The notes beneath the pieces were generated by a model that saw only the letters and a program-made list of their open reading frames with translations, searched no databases and had not been told where the DNA came from. From Acidobacteriota bacterium (GTDB taxonomy: Bacteria > Acidobacteriota > Holophagae > Holophagales > Holophagaceae): 64,000 bases of DNA. The DNA is taken from positions 12,116-76,115 of the forward strand of contig JACPYP010000013.1 in assembly GCA_016195985.1 (NCBI GenBank). The letters are read 5' to 3'. This document shows positions 55,825 to 64,000 of this stretch, in pieces. Numbering within the stretch: position 1 is the stretch's first letter; each line of letters opens with the position of its first letter. Position numbers and translations under genes: made by a program.

Positions 55825-56846
55825 TGGCGGCGCCGGCGGCCTGGCTGAACCAGAGCTTCGCCCTCGTCCATGGAGAGGATGGCGACGCGCGCCGCGCCGC
55901 TGTGGCGGACTGGAAGCAGAAACATGTGGACCCGGAATGGGCCGATTTCTCGCTAACCGTTTGCACGGAGGGCTGCCCCTGGGCCGAAGTGATGGCCGCC
56001 CTGCAAGAGGCCGCGCCTCTGGGAGCCGAGGTCCGCACCGTGTTGGTGCCCGCCGCCGACAACCTGTTCAATCGGGCCAAGGAACTGCCGCCCACGGTGA
56101 AGGGCGCGCTGGAGAAACCGCCCTCGGGCGTGAATCTCCTCCTGGTGGCCTGGTCCACCTTGCCGGCGGCCCCTGGAAAGGCCCTGGGCGCCAAGCCCTG
56201 GACAGACTGGACCAAGGCTGGCCGTGTGCTGAAAGTGGGAGCTCTGGAGCCTCTGGAGGTCGCGGGGTTCATCGAAACGGAGGCCAGGCGGTTGGGGCTG
56301 GTGCTGCAGGGAGCCGCAGGCAGCCTGCTGGCCCAACGGCAGGGCGGCAACCCGGGGATGCTCAAGCGGGCCCTGGAAGTGCTGGATTTGCTGGCCGAAG
56401 ACCGCCGGGTGAACGAGGTCATGGTGGACCAGGTGACCTTCCGTCTGGCCGAGCAGAAGGCCTTTGCTTGGTCCGGGGCCTGGCAGAAGGGCGATGCGGC
56501 TGGGGCCCTCAAAGCGCTGCGGACGGCCCTGGAAGATGGTGACGAGCCCCTGATGATGCTGGGGCAGGTGCGCCGCGAGGTGGACCGCTTGCTGAGGCTG
56601 GCGGAGGCGGAGGCTGCCGGGCTCAAGGGCAGCGAGGTGCTCACGGCTCTGGGCTTGTCGCCCAAACAAGCCTTCCTCTTGGATGGTTACCGCGGGGCCA
56701 TGGCCAAGCTCAGGCCCCGGGGGGCCAAAGCCCTTCTGGCACGGGTCAACCAGTGCGAAAAAGATCTGAAAGGCATGGCGCTTTCCCGCAGCGAAGCGCC
56801 GCTGATGGACCTGACTTTAGCTCTCTGCCGTGCCTGGGGCCGCTGA
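55824..56846 (+). CDS. holA: DNA polymerase III subunit delta
   Basis: About 340 aa with the HolA-like layout (LVHGED..., C-terminal helical domain) and synteny with lptE. Confidence 0.72.
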   Translation: MAAPAAWLNQSFALVHGEDGDARRAAVADWKQKHVDPEWADFSLTVCTEGCPWAEVMAALQEAAPLGAEVRTVLVPAADNLFNRAKELPPTVKGALEKPPSGVNLLLVAWSTLPAAPGKALGAKPWTDWTKAGRVLKVGALEPLEVAGFIETEARRLGLVLQGAAGSLLAQRQGGNPGMLKRALEVLDLLAEDRRVNEVMVDQVTFRLAEQKAFAWSGAWQKGDAAGALKALRTALEDGDEPLMMLGQVRREVDRLLRLAEAEAAGLKGSEVLTALGLSPKQAFLLDGYRGAMAKLRPRGAKALLARVNQCEKDLKGMALSRSEAPLMDLTLALCRAWGR

Positions 56847-56929
56847 GTTCCAGCCAGGGCCGGGCCATTGACCACTTGAGCGTGAGGTTCGCTGGGCGGA
56901 TCATGGAAGTCCGGTTCCCGGAGGGTCCC

Positions 56930-57913
56930 ATGTCTGAATGCATCATCCCCACCCTGACCTCCAGCGAGGTTGTGGAATCCAAATCTGTGCTGCCCAAGGG
57001 ATGGAAGGCGGATCTATCGAACCTGAAGGCCCTTGACCTGACCCAGCCTGTTCTCGAACTGCTGCGGCGCACCACCAGCCGCCTCCCCCAGGATGTCATC
57101 GAGGCGATCGTGAAGGGCCGCGATGAGGAGGAGGACGGCAGCCGCGCCTTCAACACCCTGAACGACATGGTGCGCAACATCAACCTGTCTGATGGCCAGG
57201 TGACGCCCCTCTGCCAGGACACCGGCTCCATCATCTTCTGGGTGCGCCATCCCTTCGGGTTGAGCCAGCGCGCCGCCAAGAAGCAGATCCGGGAAGCCGT
57301 GGCCCGGGCCACCAAGAATGTCTGGTTGCGCCCCAACTGCGTGGAGTCCCTCAGCGGCAAGAACAGCGGCAACAACATGGACCCTTTCCATGAGCACCAC
57401 CCTGCCATCCACTTTGAAGAGTGGGACCGGCCGGAGATCGAAATCTCCGTCATGCAAAAGGGAGGCGGCTGCGAGAACGTGGGGGCCCAGTACCGCCTTC
57501 CCGATGCCGCCATCGGCGCCGGCCGCGACATCAAGGGGGTGCGGAAATGCATCATCGATGCCGTGGTCAAGGCCCAGGGCCAGGGCTGCAGCCCCGGCAT
57601 TCTCGGCGTGGCCATCGGGGGGGACCGCGTCACCGGCTACGAAAAGAGCAAGGAGCTCATCCTCCGCAAACTCGGCACCCCGAACGCTGATCCCAAGCTG
57701 GATGCCCTGGAGAAGGAACTCACCAAGGACCTGAATACCTTGGGCATCGGCCCCATGGGCTACGGCGGCCACACCACGGTGCTGGGCCTCATGGTGGAGG
57801 AGATGTACCGCCATCCCGCGAGTTTCTACGTGAGCATCAGCTACATGTGCTGGAGCAGCCGTCGCGGCACCCTCACACTCGCGGCCAGCGGCCAGCCCTC
57901 CTACGATCTGTGA
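56930..57913 (+). CDS. Fe-S hydro-lyase alpha subunit (class I fumarate hydratase / tartrate dehydratase type)
   Basis: LPQDVIEAI..., PLCQDTGSIIFWV, GGGCEN. Start is ATG 56930 or 56903. Confidence 0.8.
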   Translation: MSECIIPTLTSSEVVESKSVLPKGWKADLSNLKALDLTQPVLELLRRTTSRLPQDVIEAIVKGRDEEEDGSRAFNTLNDMVRNINLSDGQVTPLCQDTGSIIFWVRHPFGLSQRAAKKQIREAVARATKNVWLRPNCVESLSGKNSGNNMDPFHEHHPAIHFEEWDRPEIEISVMQKGGGCENVGAQYRLPDAAIGAGRDIKGVRKCIIDAVVKAQGQGCSPGILGVAIGGDRVTGYEKSKELILRKLGTPNADPKLDALEKELTKDLNTLGIGPMGYGGHTTVLGLMVEEMYRHPASFYVSISYMCWSSRRGTLTLAASGQPSYDL

Positions 57914-57920
57914 GGCTCCC

Positions 57921-58499
57921 ATGATCCGACTCACCACCCCCATCACCGAAGACCAGATCCGTCAGCTCAAGGTGGGCGACGAGGTGCTGCTCAATGGCCG
58001 CGTCGTTCTCAGCCGCGATATCGGCCACAAGTACATGAAGGAACAGAAGCCCGAGTGGCTCAAGCCCATTCTGGAAAACATGGTCATCTACCATTGCGGG
58101 CCCGTGGTCCGGAAGAACGAGGACGGCAGCTGGTCCTTCGTGGCGGCCGGCCCCACCACCAGCATCCGCGAAGAGCCCTACCAGGCCGAGGTCATCGACA
58201 CCTACAAGGTGCGTGGCGTCATCGGCAAGGGCGGCATGGGCAAAAAGACCAGCGAGGGTCTGCGGAAGACCGGCGCCGTCTACCTCCATGCCACCGGCGG
58301 TGCCGGCAGCCTGCTGGCCGAACGCGTGAAGCGCGTGGTGGACGTGAAGATGCTTGAGGAATTCGGCAGCCCCGAGGCGTTCTGGATCATCGAGGTGGAA
58401 GATTTCCCCCTGGTGGTGACCATGGACAGTCATGGCGGCAGCCTCCACGAGATCGTGGCCCAGCAGAGCCAGGAACGGGCCAAGACCCTTATGGCCTGA
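57921..58499 (+). CDS. Fe-S hydro-lyase beta subunit (class I fumarate hydratase C-terminal domain)
   Basis: LKVGDEVLLNGRVVLSRDIGHK, AAGPTTS, IGKGGMG. Confidence 0.85.
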   Translation: MIRLTTPITEDQIRQLKVGDEVLLNGRVVLSRDIGHKYMKEQKPEWLKPILENMVIYHCGPVVRKNEDGSWSFVAAGPTTSIREEPYQAEVIDTYKVRGVIGKGGMGKKTSEGLRKTGAVYLHATGGAGSLLAERVKRVVDVKMLEEFGSPEAFWIIEVEDFPLVVTMDSHGGSLHEIVAQQSQERAKTLMA

Positions 58500-58542
58500 A
58501 ACCGGACATTTTTCGGCCTCCGGCCCGGGATAACCTGGGGGG

Positions 58543-59373
58543 ATGGTTCAGACTTACCTTCAGCTCCGCCTCGATCTGGCCACGGCCCTGGCCGTGTTTC
58601 TGGATCCCGAGGAGGCCCATGCGGAGTGCGTCCGCTGGTTCGAGGAAGGGCTCGGCCTCTCCCGCAGCTGGATGGCCGTCCACGGGGCTGAACCGGTTCC
58701 CGGGGAGGTGCGCCTACAGGTCAGCGCCTGGGTCCGTCGACGCCGCAAGGGAGAGCCCTGGGCTTACATCCTGGGCTGGAGCCAGTTCCGTGATCGGCGC
58801 TTCAAAGTCACCCCCGCCACCCTCATCCCCAGGCCCGAAACCGAACTGCTGGTGGAAGCTGCGCTGGATGTGGGGCGGCGGTTGAAGGTGGAGCGCTGCG
58901 TGGATGTGGGCACTGGCAGCGGCATCATCGCCGTAAGTCTGGCCTTGGAAACCGCTTGGCAGGTATCGGCTTCGGATTTGAGCCCCGGCGCTCTGACCGT
59001 GGCGGCACAAAATGCGAAGGCCCTGGGTGCCCTGGTCCGGTTCCACCAAGGGAGCCTTCTCGATCCCATCCCGAACCCGATGGGGCTGGTGGTGGCCAAC
59101 CTGCCCTATGTGGACCCGGCCGATGAACCCGCGCTCCAGCGGGAGTTGGCCTTTGAACCACGCTCGGCCCTCTTTGCGCCGGACCGGGGCCTGGCCTTGT
59201 CTGAAGCCCTCCTGATTCAGGCCAGGGCGCGGAGGGCACCGGCCTGTCTTCTGGAAATTGGCGCCGGGCAGGGTGGGGAGCTCTGCCGGAGGGCCCTGGG
59301 GGCAGGCTGGGCCAAGGCCATGGTTCATCAGGATTTTGCGGGACACGACCGGATCCTGGTGACCCTGGCCTGA
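58543..59373 (+). CDS. prmC: Release factor glutamine methyltransferase
   Basis: VDVGTGSGIIAV SAM motif and VVANLPYV (NPPY-type) motif. Confidence 0.88.
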   Translation: MVQTYLQLRLDLATALAVFLDPEEAHAECVRWFEEGLGLSRSWMAVHGAEPVPGEVRLQVSAWVRRRRKGEPWAYILGWSQFRDRRFKVTPATLIPRPETELLVEAALDVGRRLKVERCVDVGTGSGIIAVSLALETAWQVSASDLSPGALTVAAQNAKALGALVRFHQGSLLDPIPNPMGLVVANLPYVDPADEPALQRELAFEPRSALFAPDRGLALSEALLIQARARRAPACLLEIGAGQGGELCRRALGAGWAKAMVHQDFAGHDRILVTLA

Positions 59374-59417
59374 GCGATTGGCACCATCCTCGCTCCAGCC
59401 AAGCCTGGAGGTGCTTC

Positions 59418-60089
59418 ATGAGGAAAATGCTGCCCATCGCCCTGTTTTTGGTGGGATTCGGCTGCTCCATTCCCAAGCGCCATGATGCCAATCTGGTCAA
59501 AAAGCCCGCCATTCCCTATGTGGACGAGGCGCCAGCCATGCAGCCCTTGAACGAGGGCAGCTTGTGGCGGGATCGCCCCATGGTGGCGGATCTCAGGGCC
59601 TTCCGGGTCAACGACTTGGTGACGCTGAAGATCAGCGAAAGCACCAACGCCATCACCAAGGCGGATGTGACCACCAACCGTACAGGAAGCAACAAGCTGA
59701 GCAGCCCGAACCTTTTCAGCGCTCTGGCCGGCTTCGGCATCGGCAGCAGCACCTCGGACAAGTCCACGGGAACCGCCAGCAAGTACGCGGGAACCGGAAC
59801 CACCGGGCGCAGCGCCACGTTCACCACCACGGTCACGGCCCGGGTGGTCAAGGTGGTAGGCAATGGCAACCTCATTTTCGAGGGCTTCAGGGACATTCAG
59901 CTGAACAACGAAACCCAGCGCCTGTATGTGGCTGGAATGCTCGATCCCCACATGCTGGACGCCAGCAACAGCATCGCTTCCGGTCAGGTGGCGGAGCTTC
60001 GCATTGGCTACGGCGGGCAGGGGGTGGTGGATGAAACCCTCAAGCCGGGCTTCATCAGCAGGCTTCTGGCATATGTCTGGCCGTTCTAG
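59418..60089 (+). CDS. flgH: Flagellar L-ring lipoprotein
   Basis: Lipobox LVGFGCS. GSLW...DLRAFRVNDLVTLKISEST, GNGNLIFEGFRDIQLNNE. Confidence 0.9.
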   Translation: MRKMLPIALFLVGFGCSIPKRHDANLVKKPAIPYVDEAPAMQPLNEGSLWRDRPMVADLRAFRVNDLVTLKISESTNAITKADVTTNRTGSNKLSSPNLFSALAGFGIGSSTSDKSTGTASKYAGTGTTGRSATFTTTVTARVVKVVGNGNLIFEGFRDIQLNNETQRLYVAGMLDPHMLDASNSIASGQVAELRIGYGGQGVVDETLKPGFISRLLAYVWPF

Positions 60090-60098
60090 GAGATTCCC

Positions 60099-61208
60099 AT
60101 GCGCTTCGCAGCTATCTTTCTGGCGGCTCTCACCCTTTGCGGGGCGGATCTCGCCAAGGCGGACAAGAAGATCGAATCCAAACTCCGGGATGTGGCCCGC
60201 CTCCAAGGCGTGCGGGGCAACCAGCTGCTGGGCTATGGCGTGGTGGTGGGATTGGATGGCACTGGCGACAAGGACCAGACCAAGTTCACGGTGCAGTCGC
60301 TCACGAACCTCATGTCCCGCCAAGGGTTGACGGTGAACCCCACCACCGTGAAGGTGAAGAACGTGGCGGCGGTCATGGTGACGGCGGAACTGCCGCCTTT
60401 CGCCCGGGCCGGTTCGCGCCTGGATGTCACGGTTTCCAGCACCGGCGACGCCAAGTCCTTGGCCGGCGGCACCCTGCTCATGACAGCCATGCAGGGGCCT
60501 GACGGCCAGACCTACGCCGTGGCCCAAGGCCCTCTGCTGGTGGGCGGATTCAGCGCTTCAGCCGGCGGCGCCTCGGTGACCAAGAACCACCCCACCGTGG
60601 GACGGGTGCCGGACGGCGGCATCATCGAGCGGGAAGTGGGCGGCGATTTCAATGCCCGCTCAACACTGCGCTACAACCTGATGGAAGAGGACTTCACCAC
60701 CGCCATTCGGGTGGTCCACACCATTAACGAGGAACTGGGAGAAAAGGCGGCCCGGCCCCTGGATGCCCGTACGGTGGAATTGACCATTCCCAAGGAATTC
60801 CAAGGCCGCGCCGTGGAATTGGTGGCGAGGCTGGAGAACTTGAACGTGCAGCTTCAGCCCAAGGCCCGGGTGGTGGTGAACGAACGTACCGGCACGGTGA
60901 TTCTGGGCTCCGACGTGCGGATCGGCGCAGTGAGCATTATCCAGGGCGGCCTGAGCATCATGGTGAGTTCGACCCCGCTGGTGAGCCAGCCCGCACCCTT
61001 CAGCCAGGGCAAAACGGTCCAAGCCACGAAGAAGGATGTGACCGCCGTGGAGGATAAGCCCAAGACGGTGACCGTTGAACCAGGCGTAAGCGTGGGCAAG
61101 ATGGCCGAAATGCTGAACAGCATGGGCGTGAGCCCCCGGGACCTGGTAGCCATTCTGCAGGCCATCAAGGATGCGGGGGCCCTCCAGGCTGAACTGAGGG
61201 TGCTGTGA
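60099..61208 (+). CDS. flgI: Flagellar P-ring protein
   Basis: NQLLGYGVVVGLDGTGD, VTVSSTGDAKSLAGGTLL, LQAIKDAGALQAEL. Confidence 0.95.
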   Translation: MRFAAIFLAALTLCGADLAKADKKIESKLRDVARLQGVRGNQLLGYGVVVGLDGTGDKDQTKFTVQSLTNLMSRQGLTVNPTTVKVKNVAAVMVTAELPPFARAGSRLDVTVSSTGDAKSLAGGTLLMTAMQGPDGQTYAVAQGPLLVGGFSASAGGASVTKNHPTVGRVPDGGIIEREVGGDFNARSTLRYNLMEEDFTTAIRVVHTINEELGEKAARPLDARTVELTIPKEFQGRAVELVARLENLNVQLQPKARVVVNERTGTVILGSDVRIGAVSIIQGGLSIMVSSTPLVSQPAPFSQGKTVQATKKDVTAVEDKPKTVTVEPGVSVGKMAEMLNSMGVSPRDLVAILQAIKDAGALQAELRVL

Positions 61209-61540
61209 TCGCCCAGGGGCTGCCCACCCTGAATCCCGTGGCCCAGGCCCAGGGAGCCCAGGCGCTGCCCGGAACCGATGAGAAGACGGAGAAAGCGGCC
61301 CGGCAATTCGAGGGCCTGCTGATGGGCCTGCTCTTCCAGACCATGCGCAAGACGGTGCAGCCCTCTGGGCTGTTCGGGGATTCGGGCCAGTCCAGGTCCA
61401 CCTACGAGTACCTCATGGATCAGGCCGTGGTGGATCGAGCCGTTTCCTCTGGCCATGGCTGGGGGTTGGCCGATCGGCTGAAGGCGGCATGGTCCCAGGC
61501 TGAAAAAAACGGCCTCGAAAAAGAACTCCCAAGGGGTTGA
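61205..61540 (+). CDS. flgJ: Rod-binding protein (FlgJ N-terminal-domain-only)
   Basis: AARQFEGLLMGLLFQTMRKT rod-binding motif. Only 111 aa, with no muramidase domain. Confidence 0.72.
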   Translation: MIAQGLPTLNPVAQAQGAQALPGTDEKTEKAARQFEGLLMGLLFQTMRKTVQPSGLFGDSGQSRSTYEYLMDQAVVDRAVSSGHGWGLADRLKAAWSQAEKNGLEKELPRG

Positions 61541-61582
61541 AGGTTCTTGGCAAACTGCCGATAGAGCCTTGTCGAGGTCATC

Positions 61583-61885
61583 ATGCGCATCAGCGGCAAA
61601 TCAAGTGGTGTGGGCAGCGCCCAGGGGGTGACGGGTGCCAAGGCATCCGGCGTTTCCTCGTCTGGTCCTGTCTCCGCGGCTTCCTCGACGGATGCGGTCC
61701 AGGTTTCCTCTGCGGCCCGCCTGGTGGCGGTGGCGCAGGAGGCCTTGGCCGTGGTCCCGGATGTCCGGATGGAGAAGGTGGAAGCCATCAAGAACCAGCT
61801 GGACGCCGATTCCTACAACCCCGATGGAGAGGCCGTGGCCGAAGGGCTCATCAAGGAACACCTGGCGCAAGGGCGCCATTCCTAG
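61583..61885 (+). CDS. flgM: Anti-sigma-28 factor FlgM
   Basis: 100 aa. Ser/Gly-rich N-terminus and C-terminal VEAIKNQLDADSYNPDGEAVAEGLI, typical of FlgM. Confidence 0.7.
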   Translation: MRISGKSSGVGSAQGVTGAKASGVSSSGPVSAASSTDAVQVSSAARLVAVAQEALAVVPDVRMEKVEAIKNQLDADSYNPDGEAVAEGLIKEHLAQGRHS

Positions 61886-61909
61886 CTCTTGGGCCCTCGA
61901 GGTGAGGGC

Positions 61910-62236
61910 ATGATCAGTCCCCTGGGACAGCGCCAGATCCTTCAGACCGCTGCGGTCGAGACGGTGAGGCAGGCCATGGAGGGGGGCTTCCAAGTGCAGC
62001 GGGAGCAGGCCCGGCGGCAGGCCTTTGACGCCAAGCTGGTTGAAGCCATGGATGATGTTTCGGATGTGAACGGGACGGACGGACTGAAGCTGTCCGAGCA
62101 CGGTGCGCAGGAGCAGGCAAGCCACCGCCAGCATGGAACCGGCGCCTCCGGAGAGCCCGAGACCGAACCCGAGGCCGAGGAAGAAGGCGGGACCCAGGCA
62201 GAGGGTGCCCGTCTGCACCTGGATCTCTTGGCCTGA
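61910..62236 (+). CDS. Hypothetical acidic protein in the flagellar cluster
   Basis: ATG at 61910. No recognisable family. Coding status is inferred only from position and frame. Confidence 0.4.
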   Translation: MISPLGQRQILQTAAVETVRQAMEGGFQVQREQARRQAFDAKLVEAMDDVSDVNGTDGLKLSEHGAQEQASHRQHGTGASGEPETEPEAEEEGGTQAEGARLHLDLLA

Positions 62237-62268
62237 GGCTTGCCCAAAGGCTCCGGAGGAGGTCTTCC

Positions 62269-62565
62269 ATGCTGCATGCCGTGCCCGAACTACTGGATGC
62301 CCTTGAACGCAAATTGATGGAAGGCGAAGATCCTTCGCCCCTTCTCTCCAACATCCGGTGGTCCGAATTGGTGTGGTGGCCCGAAGATCTGAAGAGCGCC
62401 CAGACTCTGAAGCAGCGCATCGCCTCCATCCAGACCCTCCTTATCGGGCTTCAGGCGCCTCTGCGCGCCACCCTCGTGGGCCTCTCCACCGCACCTTCCT
62501 ACGGGCGCAGTGGCATTCCCGCAGACGCCCCCATGCTCGCTCCCCGTCTGCACGAAAAGGTGTAA
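62269..62565 (+). CDS. Hypothetical small protein immediately upstream of flgK (possible FlgN-like chaperone)
   Basis: 98 aa, helical, with its stop 2 nt before the flgK ATG. The FlgN assignment rests on position only. Confidence 0.4.
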   Translation: MLHAVPELLDALERKLMEGEDPSPLLSNIRWSELVWWPEDLKSAQTLKQRIASIQTLLIGLQAPLRATLVGLSTAPSYGRSGIPADAPMLAPRLHEKV

Positions 62566-62567
62566 CC

Positions 62568-64000
62568 ATGCCCGGCCTCAACGCAAGTCTCTACATCGGC
62601 CTTTCCGGCATGCAGGCCCAGCAGGCCGCCCTTGGGGTGGTGGGGCACAACATCGCGAACGTGAATACCCCGGGGTACACCCGGCAACGGGCGGACCTGG
62701 CGGCGAACCAGTCCCTGATCCAGGGGGATGTCTACTTCGGCTCGGGCGTGTCGCTGAACACGGTGACCGGCATCCGGGACCGCTTCCTGGATCTCCAGAT
62801 CTACCGCGAGACAGCCAAGGGAGCGGGCGCTTCGACGCGCTACTCGGGGGTGGATGCCATTGCCTCCAGCGTAGGCGATACCGGAAGCACCGGGATCTCG
62901 GCCCAGATCCAGGGTTTTTTCCAGAGCTTCCAGACTTTGGCCACCCACCCGGAGGATCCTGCCCTCCGGACCAACGTGATCGGCAAGGCCCAGACCATGA
63001 TCACCGGCCTGCAGTCCAGATACAGCCTGCTGGACGCGCAGCGCAACATCGCGGATCAGTCGGTGGGAAGCCTCGTGACCGCCGTGAACACCCTCACCAG
63101 CCAGATCGCCAATCTGAACCAGCAGATCACCACGGAAACCGTGCCCGGCGCCAACAACGATGCCCGGGACCAGCGCAAGGCCCTGACCGACAAGCTGGCC
63201 GAACTGGTGGGCATCAACGTTTTTGAAGGGTCCAACGGGGAATACCAGATCACGCTGGACAGCGGCGCGGCGGTCCTCGTGAGCGGGAACAGCTCCTACA
63301 ACCTGCAAACCACGCCCGGCGGCGCCGCCCTGGACAACCATCTGAGGGTTAGCTCCGTCATGGGCGGATCCACGGTTGACGTGACCAACGGCATCAAGGA
63401 TGGCCAACTGGGAGCCAAGCTCGATCTTCGCGACAACATTCTGGTGGGCTTCCAGCGGCAGCTTGACCAGATCGCTGCGGGCGTGGCCCGGCAAGTGAAC
63501 CAGCTGCACCGCACCGGCTACGCAGCCGATGGCGTCACCACCGGCAACGACTTCTTCCAGGGCGGTGTGGCCAATGGCGGAACGGGCCTTCCCACGACAG
63601 TCTCCGCGGCCACCTTCTACAAAGGCATGGTGAATGCCCTTTCCGTGAATGCCACCGTGGCGGGCAACCCTTCTCTCATCGCCGCGGCTTCGACCGCGGG
63701 CATCAAGGGCGACAACGCCCGGGCCAACGCCATCGGAAACCTCCAGTCCGCCACCGCCTCGGTGGACACCAATGGGGATGGCGTGCCGGATGCGGGCCCC
63801 TTCAGCAACATGGTGGGCAGCCTGGTGAGCGACGTGGGCACCCAATCCCAGACCTATCGCGCCCAGACCGACACTCAGCAGAACCTGGTCTCGGCGCTTC
63901 AGACCCAGCGGGACAGCATTTCAGGCGTGGATCTGAACGAGGAAGCCGCAAACATGATGAACCTGCAGCGGGGGTACCAGGCTTCCGCGCGGTTTCTCAG
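62568..64000 (+). CDS. flgK: Flagellar hook-associated protein 1, partial (runs off the window end)
   Basis: Own translation from ATG 62568: MPGLNASLYIGLSGMQAQQAALGVVGHNIANVNTPGYTRQRADL. This is the conserved flagellar rod/hook N-terminal motif with FlgK-type continuation. Confidence 0.9.
   Translation, partial: MPGLNASLYIGLSGMQAQQAALGVVGHNIANVNTPGYTRQRADLAANQSLIQGDVYFGSGVSLNTVTGIRDRFLDLQIYRETAKGAGASTRYSGVDAIASSVGDTGSTGISAQIQGFFQSFQTLATHPEDPALRTNVIGKAQTMITGLQSRYSLLDAQRNIADQSVGSLVTAVNTLTSQIANLNQQITTETVPGANNDARDQRKALTDKLAELVGINVFEGSNGEYQITLDSGAAVLVSGNSSYNLQTTPGGAALDNHLRVSSVMGGSTVDVTNGIKDGQLGAKLDLRDNILVGFQRQLDQIAAGVARQVNQLHRTGYAADGVTTGNDFFQGGVANGGTGLPTTVSAATFYKGMVNALSVNATVAGNPSLIAAASTAGIKGDNARANAIGNLQSATASVDTNGDGVPDAGPFSNMVGSLVSDVGTQSQTYRAQTDTQQNLVSALQTQRDSISGVDLNEEAANMMNLQRGYQASARFL

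Overview
High-GC (about 65-70% by eye) bacterial chromosome segment, densely coded. The ORF track shows many long antisense ORFs, which are typical high-GC artefacts. All product calls come from my own motif recognition in the translations; no searches were run. Gene content (small multihaem cytochrome, GGVPGGV-type low-complexity motifs, Bat-like operon, haem-containing sensor kinase) suggests an Acidobacteriota/Holophagae-like or deltaproteobacteria-like organism, but this is only a weak inference.

Most of the window is housekeeping: rnr (partial), cysS, groES/groEL with a CIRCE operator, lipA, scpA, uvrC, anmK, gatC, tsaD, priA, rsmA, RNase J, hpt, lptE-holA, two-subunit class I fumarase and prmC.

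Accessory modules:
- A Bat-like VWA/DUF58 operon (7.7-13.2 kb) with no MoxR ATPase and an unrecognisable 466-aa gene inserted. Two tandem DUF4139 paralogues sit upstream of it.
- A candidate redox-sensing locus (21.5-27.6 kb), the most interesting part of the window. It holds an orphan NrfC/NrfD-type pair, a sensor kinase with c-haem motifs in its periplasmic domain, and a membrane-anchored receiver fused to a glycine-cleavage-H-like domain. Two of these transcription units are preceded by a duplicated ~125-nt promoter/leader, each with a ~30-codon uORF abutting the downstream start. lipA lies convergent to this locus.
- A lower-GC type IV minor-pilin/PilY1 operon (43.0-50.4 kb), bounded by an AT-rich promoter region and a clean terminator.
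- An ECF sigma / anti-sigma / Spy-like operon.
- The start of a flagellar cluster (flgH-I-J-M ... flgK).

No rRNA, tRNA, CRISPR array, transposase or integrase was recognised.
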